A stretch of 64,000 nucleotides of DNA, taken from positions 5,766,001 to 5,830,000 of the forward strand of contig NC_043025.1 in NCBI RefSeq assembly GCF_006345805.1, read 5' to 3'. The DNA is from Octopus sinensis (lineage: Eukaryota). The position numbers were made by a program, and so were the translations under genes. This document shows, one piece after another, positions 12,956 through 25,700 of this stretch; position 1 is the first letter of the stretch; each line of letters opens with the position of its first letter. The notes beneath the pieces were generated by a model. The model was not told the DNA's origin. It worked only from the letters and a program-made list of their open reading frames with translations, and searched no databases.

Positions 12956-13468
12956 TACATTTTTGGTCTTGGTATAAAAGATGGGCTAACAGCAAATATT
13001 CTGCTCAATACCACAGATTTGCTTGTCAGTTGTTTGACCTTAACCAGTTGAGCATGTTCCTTAGTGGCTGACGATATGTGCATCTCTGATCTCGAGCAGA
13101 AGTAGTGGGGGAGCATCATAGCCATGTGTTGAGAGGTATTCTTTGGGGTTTGAATAATTCACCTCTGGAACATGGGTGGTTCTTTCAACATCCTTAAACA
13201 ACCCTTATTCAGGGACCTTTTGAGCGGGATGGGCTACTCAACCTGAAGAAAATTCTAACTGGGCCCCACCTGCAAGTCATGTGCTGTTTATCTTGATATG
13301 AGATCACCATGTCACGCACATATGGTTGTGATGCATGTGCCTGGTGTACCTTTATCAGATGGGTAGTCATGATGGGTATATTGGGCTTCGTATATTTACC
13401 CCAGTGTCACTTTGATGGCATGCACTGCTCTCTCACTCAATATAATACTCATAATAATAATAATAATC

Positions 13469-13503
<35 letters not shown>

Positions 13504-13576
13504 TAATAATAGTAATAATAATCATATAATAATAATATAATAATAATAATAATAATAATCATAAAATAATAATAAT

Positions 13577-14129
13577 AAATGCCCTGATGCAGTACCAGGC
13601 AGTGGCTCTCATGGCTTCTGATCTTAACTGATTGGAAGTGTTATCATGTACATTGTTTTGTCTTGGTATAAAAGATGGGCTACAGCAAATATTCTGCTCA
13701 ATACCACAGATTTGCTTGTCAGTTGTTTGACCGTAACCAGTTGAGCATGTCCCTTAGTGGCTGACGATATGTGCATCTCTGATCATGAGCAGAAGTAGTG
13801 GGGGAGCATCATAGCCATGTGTTGAAAGGGATTCTTTGGGGTTTGAATGATTCACCTCTGGAAACATGGGTGTTTCATTCAACATCCTTAAACAACCCTT
13901 ATTCAGGGACCTTTTGAGCGGAATGGGTTACTTGACCAGAAGAAAATTCTAACTGGGCCCAACCTGCAATGTGCTGTTTATCTTGATATGAGATCACCAT
14001 GTCGTGCACATTTGGTTGTGATGCATGTGCCTGGTGCACCCTTATCAGACAGGTAGTCATGATGGGTATATTGGGCTTCGTATATTTTACCCCAGTATCA
14101 CTTTGATGGCATGCACTGCTCTCTCACTC

Positions 14130-14131
<2 letters not shown>
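13577..14131. mobile_element. ~560-bp non-coding TAA-flanked interspersed element; copies at 7692-8265, 11932-12495, 12958-13440, 38747-39292 and 42787-43345
   Basis: Fixed ends aatgccctgatgcagtacc... and ...ctgctctctcactc, always abutting (TAA)n. No tRNA head, TIR or recognisable ORF. Confidence 0.85.
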
Positions 14132-14162
<31 letters not shown>

Positions 14163-14164
<2 letters not shown>

Positions 14165-14545
14165 GTAAATATAAAGACCTGCTAATAGAAATTGAAAAAA
14201 TGTGGCATCTCAAGGCGACTACAGTACCAGTGATTGTAGGATCTCTAGGAATGATAAAAAAAGGTACTGAAACCTATTTGAAAATGATTCCAGGCTTACC
14301 ATCCCTACAGGAAGTGCAAAAAATCGTATTAATGGAACAGCTCATGTACTGAGAAGAGCATTATCACTGTGAAAATAACATCCATCAATGAATTTATTTA
14401 TTTATTAATTTTTAAATACTTATTTTATCTGTGCATTTGCGTGTGTAATCTGGGAATTCATACAATGAGCTTCTCTGCCCTAGGTGTATGGAAAACACTC
14501 GGCGAGAAATGGAAGAAAATTTGAAGAAAGAAGGAAAAAACATAA
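14163..14545 (+). mobile_element. RLE LINE 3' fragment; same family at 38445-38717 (-) and a 3' tip at 8283-8340 (+)
   Basis: SKYKDLLIEIEKMWHLKATTVPVIVGSLGMIKKG..., with a UTR ending gagaaatggaagaaaatttgaagaaag and (TAA)n on both sides. Confidence 0.85.
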
Positions 14546-14721
14546 TAATAATAATAATAATAATGATGATGATGATAATATTTTAAAAAAAGGATTGACG
14601 TAATTCTTCTTCGCCTGTTAAAGGCTTAAAAACTGATGATATTATTCCATCAACGTGAGGACGCTACTTGCTCTCATTCATACTTTACATTTGAATTTCT
14701 GAATTTTTATCACTTCTTATT

Positions 14722-14764
14722 TTGAACTTGACAAAGACAGACATACTGTTGAAATATCGTTCGA
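14722..14764 (+). ncRNA. Minimal hammerhead motif with U3-A8 covariant core (family C)
   Basis: UUGAAC-UUGACAA-A-GACAG/CUGUU-GAAA-UAUC-GUUCGA: 6-bp stem I, 5-bp stem II, AUC triplet. Confidence 0.6.
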
Positions 14765-14807
14765 CTAATAAAATATCTTATAATCGAATCGCACTCTTCG
14801 TCTTGAC

Positions 14808-14840
<33 letters not shown>

Positions 14841-14863
14841 GAAGAAGAAGAAGAAGAAGAGCA

Positions 14864-15212
14864 CTCAGAGAGTGCAAACCTCCACCAGGCCAACATCAAT
14901 GTCATTTCAACGATTAGCCAGGGATAATTTTTAAAATGAAAATATCTGAAATAAACTCTCACAAATAAGAAATACTAAAAATGAACCCGACTGCTCTCAA
15001 TAATTAAGTAAAAAAACTGGAAATATAATCCTGAATCCGAGTCCAGTACCGGATTGATCCCAAAATCTAATCAGTTTGTGCCAGTCACAAGGCCTAACAT
15101 CTCTGAAAGTTTCATCCGAATCCATTTTTCAGTTCTTGAGATATCTTATCCATGGACAAACAAACAAATATAACTGAAACAATACCTCCACCTTCGCTAA
15201 GGTGAAGGCAAT
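14864..15212 (-). mobile_element. DINE-1/Helentron-like non-autonomous element
   Basis: Subterminal acctcc(g/a)cc motifs at both ends, short hairpin ccttcgctaaggtgaagg, and a (tttg)n tract. Confidence 0.55.
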
Positions 15213-15434
15213 AATAATAATAATAATAATCCTTTCTGTTGACGGCACAAAGCCTGAAATTTTGTAAGGAGGGAACTAGTTCAATTACAGTGTTTCACAG
15301 GTACTTCATTTATCGACCCTGAACTGATGAAGGGCAAAGCCCACCTTGGCAGAATTTGAACTCAGAACGTAAGGTCAGATGACGTGCTGCTAAGCATTTT
15401 GTCTGGTATGCTAATGCTTCTGCCAGATTGCTGC

Positions 15435-15466
<32 letters not shown>

Positions 15467-15484
15467 TGGTGGTGATGATGGTGA

Positions 15485-15518
<34 letters not shown>

Positions 15519-15550
15519 GGTGGTGATGATGATGATGGTGATGGTGGTGG

Positions 15551-15585
<35 letters not shown>

Positions 15586-16252
15586 GTGATGATAATGATG
15601 ATGATCGTGTATGTCCTTGTGCATGTATGTGTGTTTCTCTGTGATAGTGGTGTGTGTGTGTGTGTGTGTGTGTGCAATGGAGTTTAGTTTGTGTTGTGTG
15701 TGCTTGTGTGATGTGGAGGTTCACTTTGTATGTGTTTATATGTATGCGTGTGTGTACATATGGCAGGGTATAGTGTATGTGTGTGTGGGGGGTGAGGTTT
15801 ATTCTGTGTGTGTATGCGTGTGTCCATGTGCGTGAGTGTGTATGTATCTGTGTGTGTGTGTGTGTATCTTTGTATGTGTGTATTTAAGTGTGTTGTGGGG
15901 TTCTACTTGTTCCTTACTAATAATAATAATGATACGAATATAGGTAATTACGGACCTGGCACCCAGCCTAGTGTGGTGAGGTGAAGGTGATGGGGTGGGG
16001 GTGGGGGAGGAGGAGGTGGTGGTGATGGCGGAGGTGGTGGAAGAGGTGTAGGGGAGGTGGTGGTGATGGTGGTGAATGTGGTGGTGGTTGAGGAGGAGGT
16101 GATGGTGGAAGAGGTGTAGGGGAGGCGATGGCGGTGGTGGTGGTGTGGTGATGGTGGAGGTGATGGTGGATGTAGTGGTGGAGGTGGTGGTGGAGGAGGT
16201 GGTGGAGGAGGAGGTGGTGGCAGTGGTGGTAGAGGTGGAGGAGGAGGTGGTG

Positions 16253-16283
<31 letters not shown>

Positions 16284-17489
16284 AAGTGGTAGTGGAGGAG
16301 GAGGAAGAGGTGGCGGTTGTGGTGGTTGCATTCAAGTGTTTGGTGATGTGTGGTAATTATGGTGGTTGTGGTGGTGGTGGTAGTGTTTCGTGATGATGCT
16401 GTGTAAGTGTGGTAGTGTGTCTTGTGGTGGTGGTGGTGGTGGTATTTAGTGATGCTGGTGGTGATGTGCATGGTGGTTGATAATGTATAGGCTGTAGTTT
16501 AGTGTGTGGTGGTGGTAGTGTTAGGAATGTAGAACTATGTTTGATGGTGGTGGTGATGTGTTGATAGCGTATAGGCTGTAGTTGGGTGTGTGGTGGTGGG
16601 TTTGGTGGTAGTGTTTAGTGATGGTAGTGATACTGGTATGTGTGACAGTAGTCTGTGGTATTGGTAGTATGTAGGTTGTAGTAGAATGTTTAGTGGCATT
16701 TGATGGTGATGGTAGTGTTTGTGGTGTGTGTTGTGGTGGCTGCATGAGTGGTTGTAGTAGTGTGGGATTGTACCAGTTGTAGTAGTATTAGTGGTGGTGT
16801 TTGTATGTGTATTTGTGCAGGTGGTAGTGGTCTGCGATGGTGGTAGAGTTGGGGCTATAGTAACATGTGGTATACTCTTTTACTTGTTTCAGTCATTTGA
16901 CTGCGGCCATGCTGGAGCACCGCCTTTAGTCGAGCAAATCGACCCCAGGACTTATTCTTTGTAAGCCCAGTACTTATTCTATCGGTCTCTTTTGCCGAAC
17001 CACTAAGTGACGGGGACATAAACACACCAGCATCGGTTGTCGAGCAATGCTAGAGGGACAAACACAGACACACAAACACACACATACATACATATATATA
17101 TATATATATACACATATATACGACGGGCTTCTTTCAGTTTCCATCTACCAAATCCACTCACAAGGCTTTGGTCGGCCCGAGGCTATAGTAGAAGACACTT
17201 GCCCAAGGTGCCATGCAGTGGGACTGAACCCGGAACCATGTGGTTTGTAAGCAAGCTACTTACCACACAGCCACTCCTGCGCCTATGTATGTTTAATAAG
17301 TACTGGTGTTCTGCAAATTACAACAACAAAACAGTCTTGCTCATGAAATTAACAGGCTGAGTATTCCACAGTACTCCACAGACATGCAGGGGCATAGTTT
17401 CTACCGACCGACAGTGGTGGTTGATGTCATACTGCTATCTGGTGTGTCTTTGTTTTGCAGTGCTTCTCCCCTGTTCACCGAGTTTTGCA

Positions 17490-17810
17490 ATGGCTGAAAT
17501 GAAGGAACAACCTACTTCCATGAAATTCTGTTTTCTGCTGGAGAAAACGACAGCCGAAACAGTTGTCATGCTTCAAACAGCTTACAAGGATGCTGCCATG
17601 AGTGAAACACAAATTTTCAAGTGGTTTTCAAACTTTAGGAATGGTCGATTGTCGCTTGAAGACTAGCATTGTTTAGGGAGACCAGCAACCTCCCAAATGA
17701 ATGAAAACGCTGCCAAAATTCATGAACCGATTTTGGAGGACCACCACCGAACAATTGATGAACTTGTTGATGTGACTGCTGTTTCCTGGAGCTCCTGCCA
17801 ATAAATTTTA
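17490..17810 (+). pseudogene. Mariner transposase N-terminal (HTH) relic
   Basis: MAEMKEQPTSMKFCFLLEKTTAETVVMLQTAYKDAAMSETQIFKWFSNFRNGRLSLED*..GRP...EDHHRTIDELV, with an in-frame stop. Confidence 0.85.
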
Positions 17811-19782
17811 AGAGGGCACAGGAGTGGCTCTGTAGTAAGTAGCTTGCTTACCAACCACATGGTTCCGGGTTCAGTCCCACTGCGTGGCACCTTGGGCAAG
17901 TGTCTTCTACTATAGCCTTGGGCTGACCAAAGCCTTGTGAGTGGATTTGGTAGATGGAAACTGAAAGAAGCCCGTCGTATGTATGTATATGTGCATGTAT
18001 GTGTTTGTGTGTGTGTGTGTGTGTGTGTCCCAACACCGTTTGACAACCGATACTGGTGTGTTTACGTCCCCGTCACTTAGTGGTTCGGCAAAAAGAAACT
18101 GATAGAATAAGTACTAGGCTTACAAAGAATACGTCCTGGGGTCGATTTGCTCGACTAAAGGCGGTGCTCCAGCATGGCCACAGTCAAATGACTGAAACAA
18201 GTAAAAGAGGAATTGCGAATGAAAAGCACTGCAGAAAAATTTGTGCCTCGCTTGGCCACATGGTCAGGACAAGTGTACCTTGGACTATATTTATCTATTG
18301 TTCATAGCCACAGCAGTTAGTAATGGTGTAAGTAGTGGTGGTTGGTGGTGTTCGTGTTAGTGTTGGGCATACGATGTATGCGAGAGAGAGACTGGTGGTG
18401 GTGTTGTTTATTCCCATGGCGACCCTGACTGAACACACCAATAGCAGAAGACAATCCAATCATGACCATACTCTTTACTCTTTTACTTGTTTCAGTCATT
18501 TGAATGTGGCCATGCTGGAGCACCGCCTTTAGTCGAGCAAATCGACCCCGGGACTTATTCTTTGTAAGCCCAGTACTTATTGTATCAGTCTCTTTTGCTG
18601 AACAACTAAGTGATGGGGACGTAAACACACCAGCATCGGTTGTCAAGCAATGCTAGGGGGACAAACACAGACACACATACATATATATTGTACATATATA
18701 CGACGGGCTTCTTTCAGTTTCCGTCTACCAAATCCACTCACAAGGCTTTGGTCGGCCCTGGGCTATAGCAGAAGACACTTGCCCAAGATGCCACGAAGTG
18801 GGACTGAACCCAGAACCATGTGGTTGGTTAGCAAGCTACTTACCACACAGCCACTCCTGCGCCTGTATATACAATGTGCTATATTTAGACAGTCAGATAA
18901 ACAAAAACACGAAAAATCCAGTTGCTATTTCTAGCAGGTACATTGACCCCACGGAGGCGCTACCTCCTTGGCTTCAAGTCTGCAGCTTCTGGGTGGCCGC
19001 AGTAGACGCACAGACAGGCAGACGGAAGCACTCAGAGCATCACGGCTAATGCACATCTGCACTTATTATTATTCGCAGTGTGCATCGCAGCAAAGTGTTT
19101 GGGTTTGAAGATGTTATTGATGTTGCAGCCATTGTTTGGTCTGGACAAAAATCGTCAGAAGCGTGTGTGTGTGTGCATACGTGTGTGTGTGTGTGTGTGT
19201 GCATACGTGTGTGTGTGTGTGTGTGTGTGTGTTTCTGTGTGCCTCTGTGTGCCTCTGTGTGTGTGTGTGTGTTTGTGTATGTGTGTGTTTGTATATGTGT
19301 GCATACGTGTGCGTGTTTATGTGTGTGCCTCTGTGTTTGTGTGTTTGTGTATGTGTGTTTGTATGGGTGTACATGTTTGTGTGTGCCTCTGTGTGTGTGT
19401 GTGTGTTTGTGTATGTGTGTGTTTGTGTGTGCCTCTGTGTGTGTGTGTGTGTGTGTGTATGTGTGTGTTCGTATGGGTGTGCATGTTTGTGTGTGTGTGT
19501 GTGCGTTTGTGCATATGTGTACCTGTTTATGTGTATGTGTGTGCCTTTGTGTGTGTGTGTGTTTGTATGGGTGTGCATGTTTGTGTGTGTGTGTGCATTT
19601 GTCTGTTTGTGCATACGTGTGTGTGTTTATGTGTGCATGTGTACATGCTTGTGCATATGTGCATATGTGTGTATATGTGCGTGTGTGTGTGTTCACGTTT
19701 GTGTGCATCGTTTCCTGTTTCACTTAAAATATATATATTCTCGAAGGCGGATAGGCATCGACAGCTAGCAGGCCATGCTACA

Positions 19783-19823
19783 CCAGACTGATGATGAGCA
19801 ATGACTCTGAAACTAGTCTCTGG
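19783..19823 (+). ncRNA. Minimal type I hammerhead ribozyme-like motif (family A, copy 1)
   Basis: CCAGA-CUGAUGA-U-GAG/CUC-U-GAAA-CUAG-UC-UCUGG: 5-bp stem I, intact core, palindromic stem III ACUAGU, GUC cleavage triplet. Confidence 0.72.
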
Positions 19824-20782
19824 ATGCTGGCTTTGCTGGGTGGAGATGCTTGTCTCCACTTTGAAAACATAAGGACATAGGAAATGTATCAAGTCCAACA
19901 GGAAACAGTGCTTCCTTGGGCTAAATAACAGTAGCATTCTTCCCTTTTATGGGACTGTCACATTAAGTTGTGCTACTACTGCATAAATCTCTCTGAAAGA
20001 TTTAGAAATATATCATTTCAAGTTATGAGGGGTTGTATAGGTGCTTAATCCAGAATTCTGTCTCAAAAACTTGCTGTATTTTAATAATCAAATATTATTA
20101 GAAATTGTATAAAGGAGTGGCTGTGTGGTAAGTAGCTTGCTTACCAACCACATGGCTCCAGGTTCAGTCCCACTGTGTGGCACCTTGGGCAAGTGTCTTC
20201 TGCTATAGCCTCAGGCCAACCAAAGCCTTGTGAGTGGATTTGGTAGACAGAAACTGAAAGAAGCCCTTCGTATATATGTATATGTGTATATGTATATATA
20301 TATATATATATAGGCACAGGAGTGGCTGTGTGGTAAGTAGCTTGTTTACCAACCACATGGCTCCAGGTTCAGTCCCACTGTGTGGCACCTTGGGCAAGTG
20401 TCTTCTGCTATAGCCTCAGGCCAACCAAAGCCTTGTGAGTGGATTTGGTAGACGGAAACTGAAAGAAGCCCGTCGTATATATGTATATGCATATATATAT
20501 ATGTGTGTGAGTGTGTTTGTGTATCTGTGTTTGTCCCCCCAACATCGCTTGGCAACCGATGCTTGTGTGTTTAAGTCCCCCGTAACTTAGCGGTTCAGCA
20601 AAAGAATCCGATAGAATAATTACTAGTCTTGCAAAGAATAAGTCCTGGGGTCGATTTGCTCGACTAAAGGCAGTGCTCCATCATGGCCGCAGTCAAATGA
20701 CTGAGACAAGTAAAAAAAAATATATATATATATATATTTACGAAGTCTAGACAGATATCTTCAGCTAGCAGGCCTCTGCTAC

Positions 20783-20829
20783 TCTAGACCGATGATGGGC
20801 AAAAACCCTGAAACATGCGTGTCTCTAGA
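20783..20829 (+). ncRNA. Type I hammerhead ribozyme-like motif (family A, copy 2)
   Basis: UCUAGA-CCGAUGA-U-GGG/CCC-U-GAAA-CAUGCGUG-UC-UCUAGA. Stems I and II covary relative to copy 1. U4>C change in the core. Confidence 0.68.
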
Positions 20830-21430
20830 TGCAGGCCTAGCTGTTGGGGGTATTTGTCTCCCCTTCGTAAATATATAAGGACACAGGAAATGTGTCAAGG
20901 CCAACAGGAAGCATCGATGCTTCCTAGGGCTAAACAGCGGTGGTGTAATTCCCTTACTGTCACGTTAAGTTGACAGTATACAATCGCTCTATCGCTCCAC
21001 CACTGTACATATCTCTATGGGAGATATTTAGAAATTTAATATTTCTCATCTTATTATATTTTATCTTATACTTGTTTCAGTCATTAGATTGCAGCCATGC
21101 TGGAGCACCGCCTTGGGCAATTTTGTTTAGTCGAATGAATCGACCCAAGGACTTATTCTGTTGGTCTCTATTGCTGATCTGCTAAAGACACACACATACA
21201 TATATATATATACATACATACATATATATACACATACATACATACATATATATACACATACATACATACATATATATACACATACATACATACATATATA
21301 TACATACATACATATATATATATATACACATACATACATATATATACACATACATACATACATATATATACACATACATACATACATATATATACATATA
21401 CATACATACATATATATACATATACATACA

Positions 21431-21465
<35 letters not shown>

Positions 21466-21466
21466 C

Positions 21467-21497
<31 letters not shown>

Positions 21498-22336
21498 AGG
21501 CGAGCTGGCAGAATTGTTAGCACGCCGGGCGAAATGCTTAGCAGTATTTCGTCTGCTGCTACGTTCTGAGTTCAAATTCTGCAGAGGTCGACTTTGCCTT
21601 TCATCCTTTCGGGGTAGATTAAATAAGTACCAGTTATGCACTGGGGTCAATATAATCGACTTAATCCGAAATAATGGCGGTGCCCCAGCATGGCCACAGC
21701 TTTTGAGCTGAAACTAGATGAAATGAAAAAAAATATATACATACATACAACAGGATTCTTTCAGTTTCCGTCTACCAAATCCACTCACAAGGCTTTGGTC
21801 GGCTTGAGGCTATATTAGAAGACACTTGCCCAAGGTACCATGCAGTGAGACTGAACCTGGAACCATGTGATTGGTAAGCAAGCTTCTTACCCACAGCCAT
21901 GCCTGCACCTATACATACATACATACGCACATACAAACACACTGTAACAAACACACATACACAATCTATGTTCAGACAAACCTATGCACACACATACACA
22001 CCTACACATAAACCCACACACTCACACACCGGCACACTTACACACACACACACACAGTATTACATACACACATACATACAAACACATCTCACCTACATAC
22101 ACAATCTGAGTACAGAGAAACCTATACACACACACACACATATATACAAACATATATATACACACATATCCGAGGTCGACTTTGCCTTTCATCCTCTCGG
22201 GGTCGATAAATAAAGTACCAGTTTCGCACTGGGTCGATGTAATTGACCTAATCCCTTTGTCTGCCCTTGTTTGTCCCCTCTATGTTTAGCCCCTTGAGGG
22301 CAGTAAAGAAATATATATATATATATATATATAAAG

Positions 22337-22679
22337 GGTAAGGGGTAAAGACCCCCTTCGGTCATGAATGACCATGGGATTGCACCTAGAAAGTTACCCT
22401 TCTAGACACAAGTCCGGGCAAGGTTGTTTATGGAAGGCCAGCAGTCGCCCATGCATACCGGCCTCCCCTCTCCACACCACCAGTGTTATCCAAGGGAAAG
22501 ACAAAGGTCGATACAGCTTGGCACCAGTGACGTCGCAACTCATTTCTACAGCTGAGTGAACTGGAGCAACGTGAAATAAAGTGCCTTGCTCAAGAACACA
22601 ACACGCAGCCCGGTCCGGGATTCGAGCTCACAACCTCACGATCGTAAGCTCGACGCTCTAACCACTGAGCCATGCGCCT

Positions 22680-22683
<4 letters not shown>
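22337..22683 (-). mobile_element. tRNA-derived SINE family D; related head at 53236-53485 (+)
   Basis: Head gtgaaggcgcatggctcagtggttagagcgtc...tcgaatccc, flanked by (TA)n. Confidence 0.8.
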
Positions 22684-22712
<29 letters not shown>

Positions 22713-22718
<6 letters not shown>

Positions 22719-25700
22719 AATATAAGAGAGTGGTCAATATATTGCTCACTCTAGCACCAGTTAATCCAAAAGGTTTCAACCACGAAGATACATGTTTCCC
22801 ATGAAAGCCAGTACGACTGTTAGCTCACACGGACAGGGCAAGTAAAAAATAACAAAAATACAGATTATTTTGGGACAATTGTTTCGCTATTAATGAATTA
22901 AATGTAATATTACTTACAAAAAATCCATCTGTAGCTCGTCAGCCAAGACTATCTGGATGAAATCCACTCAATCACACGCCAGATTTTACCATAACGATAA
23001 ATACGCGTGTGGTTCAATTGATTACATCCGACGTTATAATTCAAATGCCCCAACCAACAGCGCGCCAAACTTTCACGGAAAACAAATACACCATTTAGAA
23101 ATAAATGCAGCATAATATAATTAATTAATAAGGGTGAGAGAATTAGATACTAATTTAATAGTATATTTATTCAACACCAAGTGGCCTAGTGCTACGAGAA
23201 ACCTGGATTATTATAATATTATAACATATTACAATACTTTTACAAAACAAATATAAGAGAGTGGTCAATATATTGCTCACTCTAGCACCAGTTAATCCAA
23301 AAGGTTTCAACCACGAAGATACATGTTCCCATGAAAGCCAGTACGACTGTTAGCTCACACGGACGGGGCAAGTAAAAAATAACAAAAATACAGATTATTT
23401 TGGGACAATTGTTTCGCTATTAATGAATTAAATGTAATATTACTTACAAAAAAATCCATCTGTAGCTCGTCAGCCAGACTATCTGGATGAAATCCACTCA
23501 ATCACACGCCAGATTTTACCATAACGATAAATACGCGTGTGGTTCAATTGATTACATCCGACGTTAAATTCAAATGCCCCAACCAACAGCGCGCCAAACT
23601 TTCACGGAAAACAAATATTGACCACTCTCTATATTTGTTTTGTAAAAGTATTGTAATATGTTATAAAATATTATAATAATCCAGGTTTCTCGTAGCACTA
23701 GGCCACTTGGTGTTGAATAAATATACTATTAAATTAGTATCTAATTCTCTCACCCTTATTAATTAATTATAATTATGCTGCATTTATTTCTAAATGCTGT
23801 ATTTGTTTTCCGTGTGAAAGTTTGGCGCGCTGTTGGTTGGGGCATTTGAATTATAACGTCGGATGTAATCAATTGAACCACACGCGTATTTATCGTTATG
23901 GTAAAATCTGGCGTGTGATTGAGTGGATTTCATCCAGATAGTCTTGGCTGACGAGCTACAGATGGATTTTTTTGTAAGTAATATTACATTTAATTCATTA
24001 ATAGCGAAACAATTGTCCCAAAATAATCTGTATTTTTGTTATTTTTTACTTGCCCTGTCCGTGTGAGCTAACAGTCGTACTGGCTTTCATGGGAAACATG
24101 TATCTTCGTGGTTGAAACCTTTTGGATTAACTGGTGCTAGAGTGAGCAATATATGACCACTCTCTTATATTTGTTTTGTAAAAGTATTGTAATATGTTAT
24201 AAAATATTATAATAATCCAGGTTTCTCGTAGCACTAGGCCACTTGGTGTTGAATAAATATACTATTAAATTAGTATCTAATTCTCTCACCCTTATTAATT
24301 AATTATAATTATGCTGCATTTATTTCTAAATGCTGTATTTGTTTTCCGTGAAAGTTTGGCGCGCTGTTGGTTGGGGCATTGAATTATAACGTCGGATGTA
24401 ATCAATTGAACCACACGCGTATTTATCGTTATGGTAAAATCTGGCGTGTGATTGAGTGGATTTCATCCAGATAGTCTTGGCTGACGAGCTACAGATGGAT
24501 TTTTTTGTAAGTAATATTACATTTAATTCATTAATAGCGAAACAATGTCGTCCCAAATAATCTGTATTTTTGTTATTTTTTACTTGCCCTGTCCGTGTGA
24601 GCTAACAGTCGTACTGGCTTTCATGGGAAACATGTATCTTCGTGGTGTTGAAACCTTTTGGATTAACTGGTGCTATGTGAGCATATATTGACCACTCTCT
24701 TATTTGTTTTGTAAAAGTATTGTAATATGTTATAAAATATTATAATAATCCAGGTTCTTCTCGTAGCACTAGGCCACTTGGTGTTGAATAAATATACTAT
24801 TAAATTAGTATCTAATTCTCTCACCCTTATTAATTAATTATAATTATGCTGCATTTATTTCTAAATGCTGTATTTGTTTTCCGTGAAAGTTTGGCGCGCT
24901 GTTGGTTGGGGCATTTGAATTATAACGTCGGATGTAATCAATTGAACCACACGCGTATTTATCGTTATGGTAAAATCTGGCGTGTGATTGAGTGGATTTC
25001 ATCCAGATAGTCTTGGCTGACGAGCTACAGATGGATTTTTTTGTAAGTAATATTACATTTAATTCATTAATAGCGAAACAATTGTCCCAAAATAATCTGT
25101 ATTATTGTTTTTTTTACTTGCCCTGTCCGTGTGAGCTAACAGTCGTACTGGCTTTCATGGGAAACATGTATCTTCGTGGTTGAAACCTTTTGGATTAACT
25201 GGTGCTAGAGTGAGCAATATATTGACCACTCTCTTATATTTGTTTTGTAAAAGTATTGTAATATGTTATAAAATATTATAATAATCCAGGTTTCTCGTAG
25301 CACTAGGCCACTTGGTGTTGAATAAATATACTATTAATTAGTATCTAATTCTCTCACCCTATTAATTAATTATAATTATGCTGCATTTATTTCTAAATGC
25401 TGTATTTGTTTTCCGTGAAAGTTTGGCGCGCTGTTGGTTGGGGCATTTGAATTATAACGTCGGATGTAATCAATTGAACCACACGCGTATTTATCGTTAT
25501 GGTAAAAAATCTGGCGTGTGATTGAGTGGATTTCATCCAGATAGTCTTGGCTGACGAGCTACAGATGGATTTTTTTGTAAGTAATATTACATTAATTCAT
25601 TAATAGCGAAACAATTGTCCCAAAATAATCTGTATTTTTGTTATTTTTTACTTGCCCGGTCCGGTGAGCTAACAGTCGTACTGGCTTTCATGGGAAACAT

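Noticed and set aside
22620-22683. tRNA genes (also 34750-34815 and 50830-50897)
   Set aside because: tRNA-like heads run directly into SINE bodies and lack a complete acceptor stem.
24992-25183. ORF MDFIQIVLADELQMDFFVS... in the 533-bp unit
   Set aside because: GTG start, no recognisable domain, and disrupted by indels in other units.
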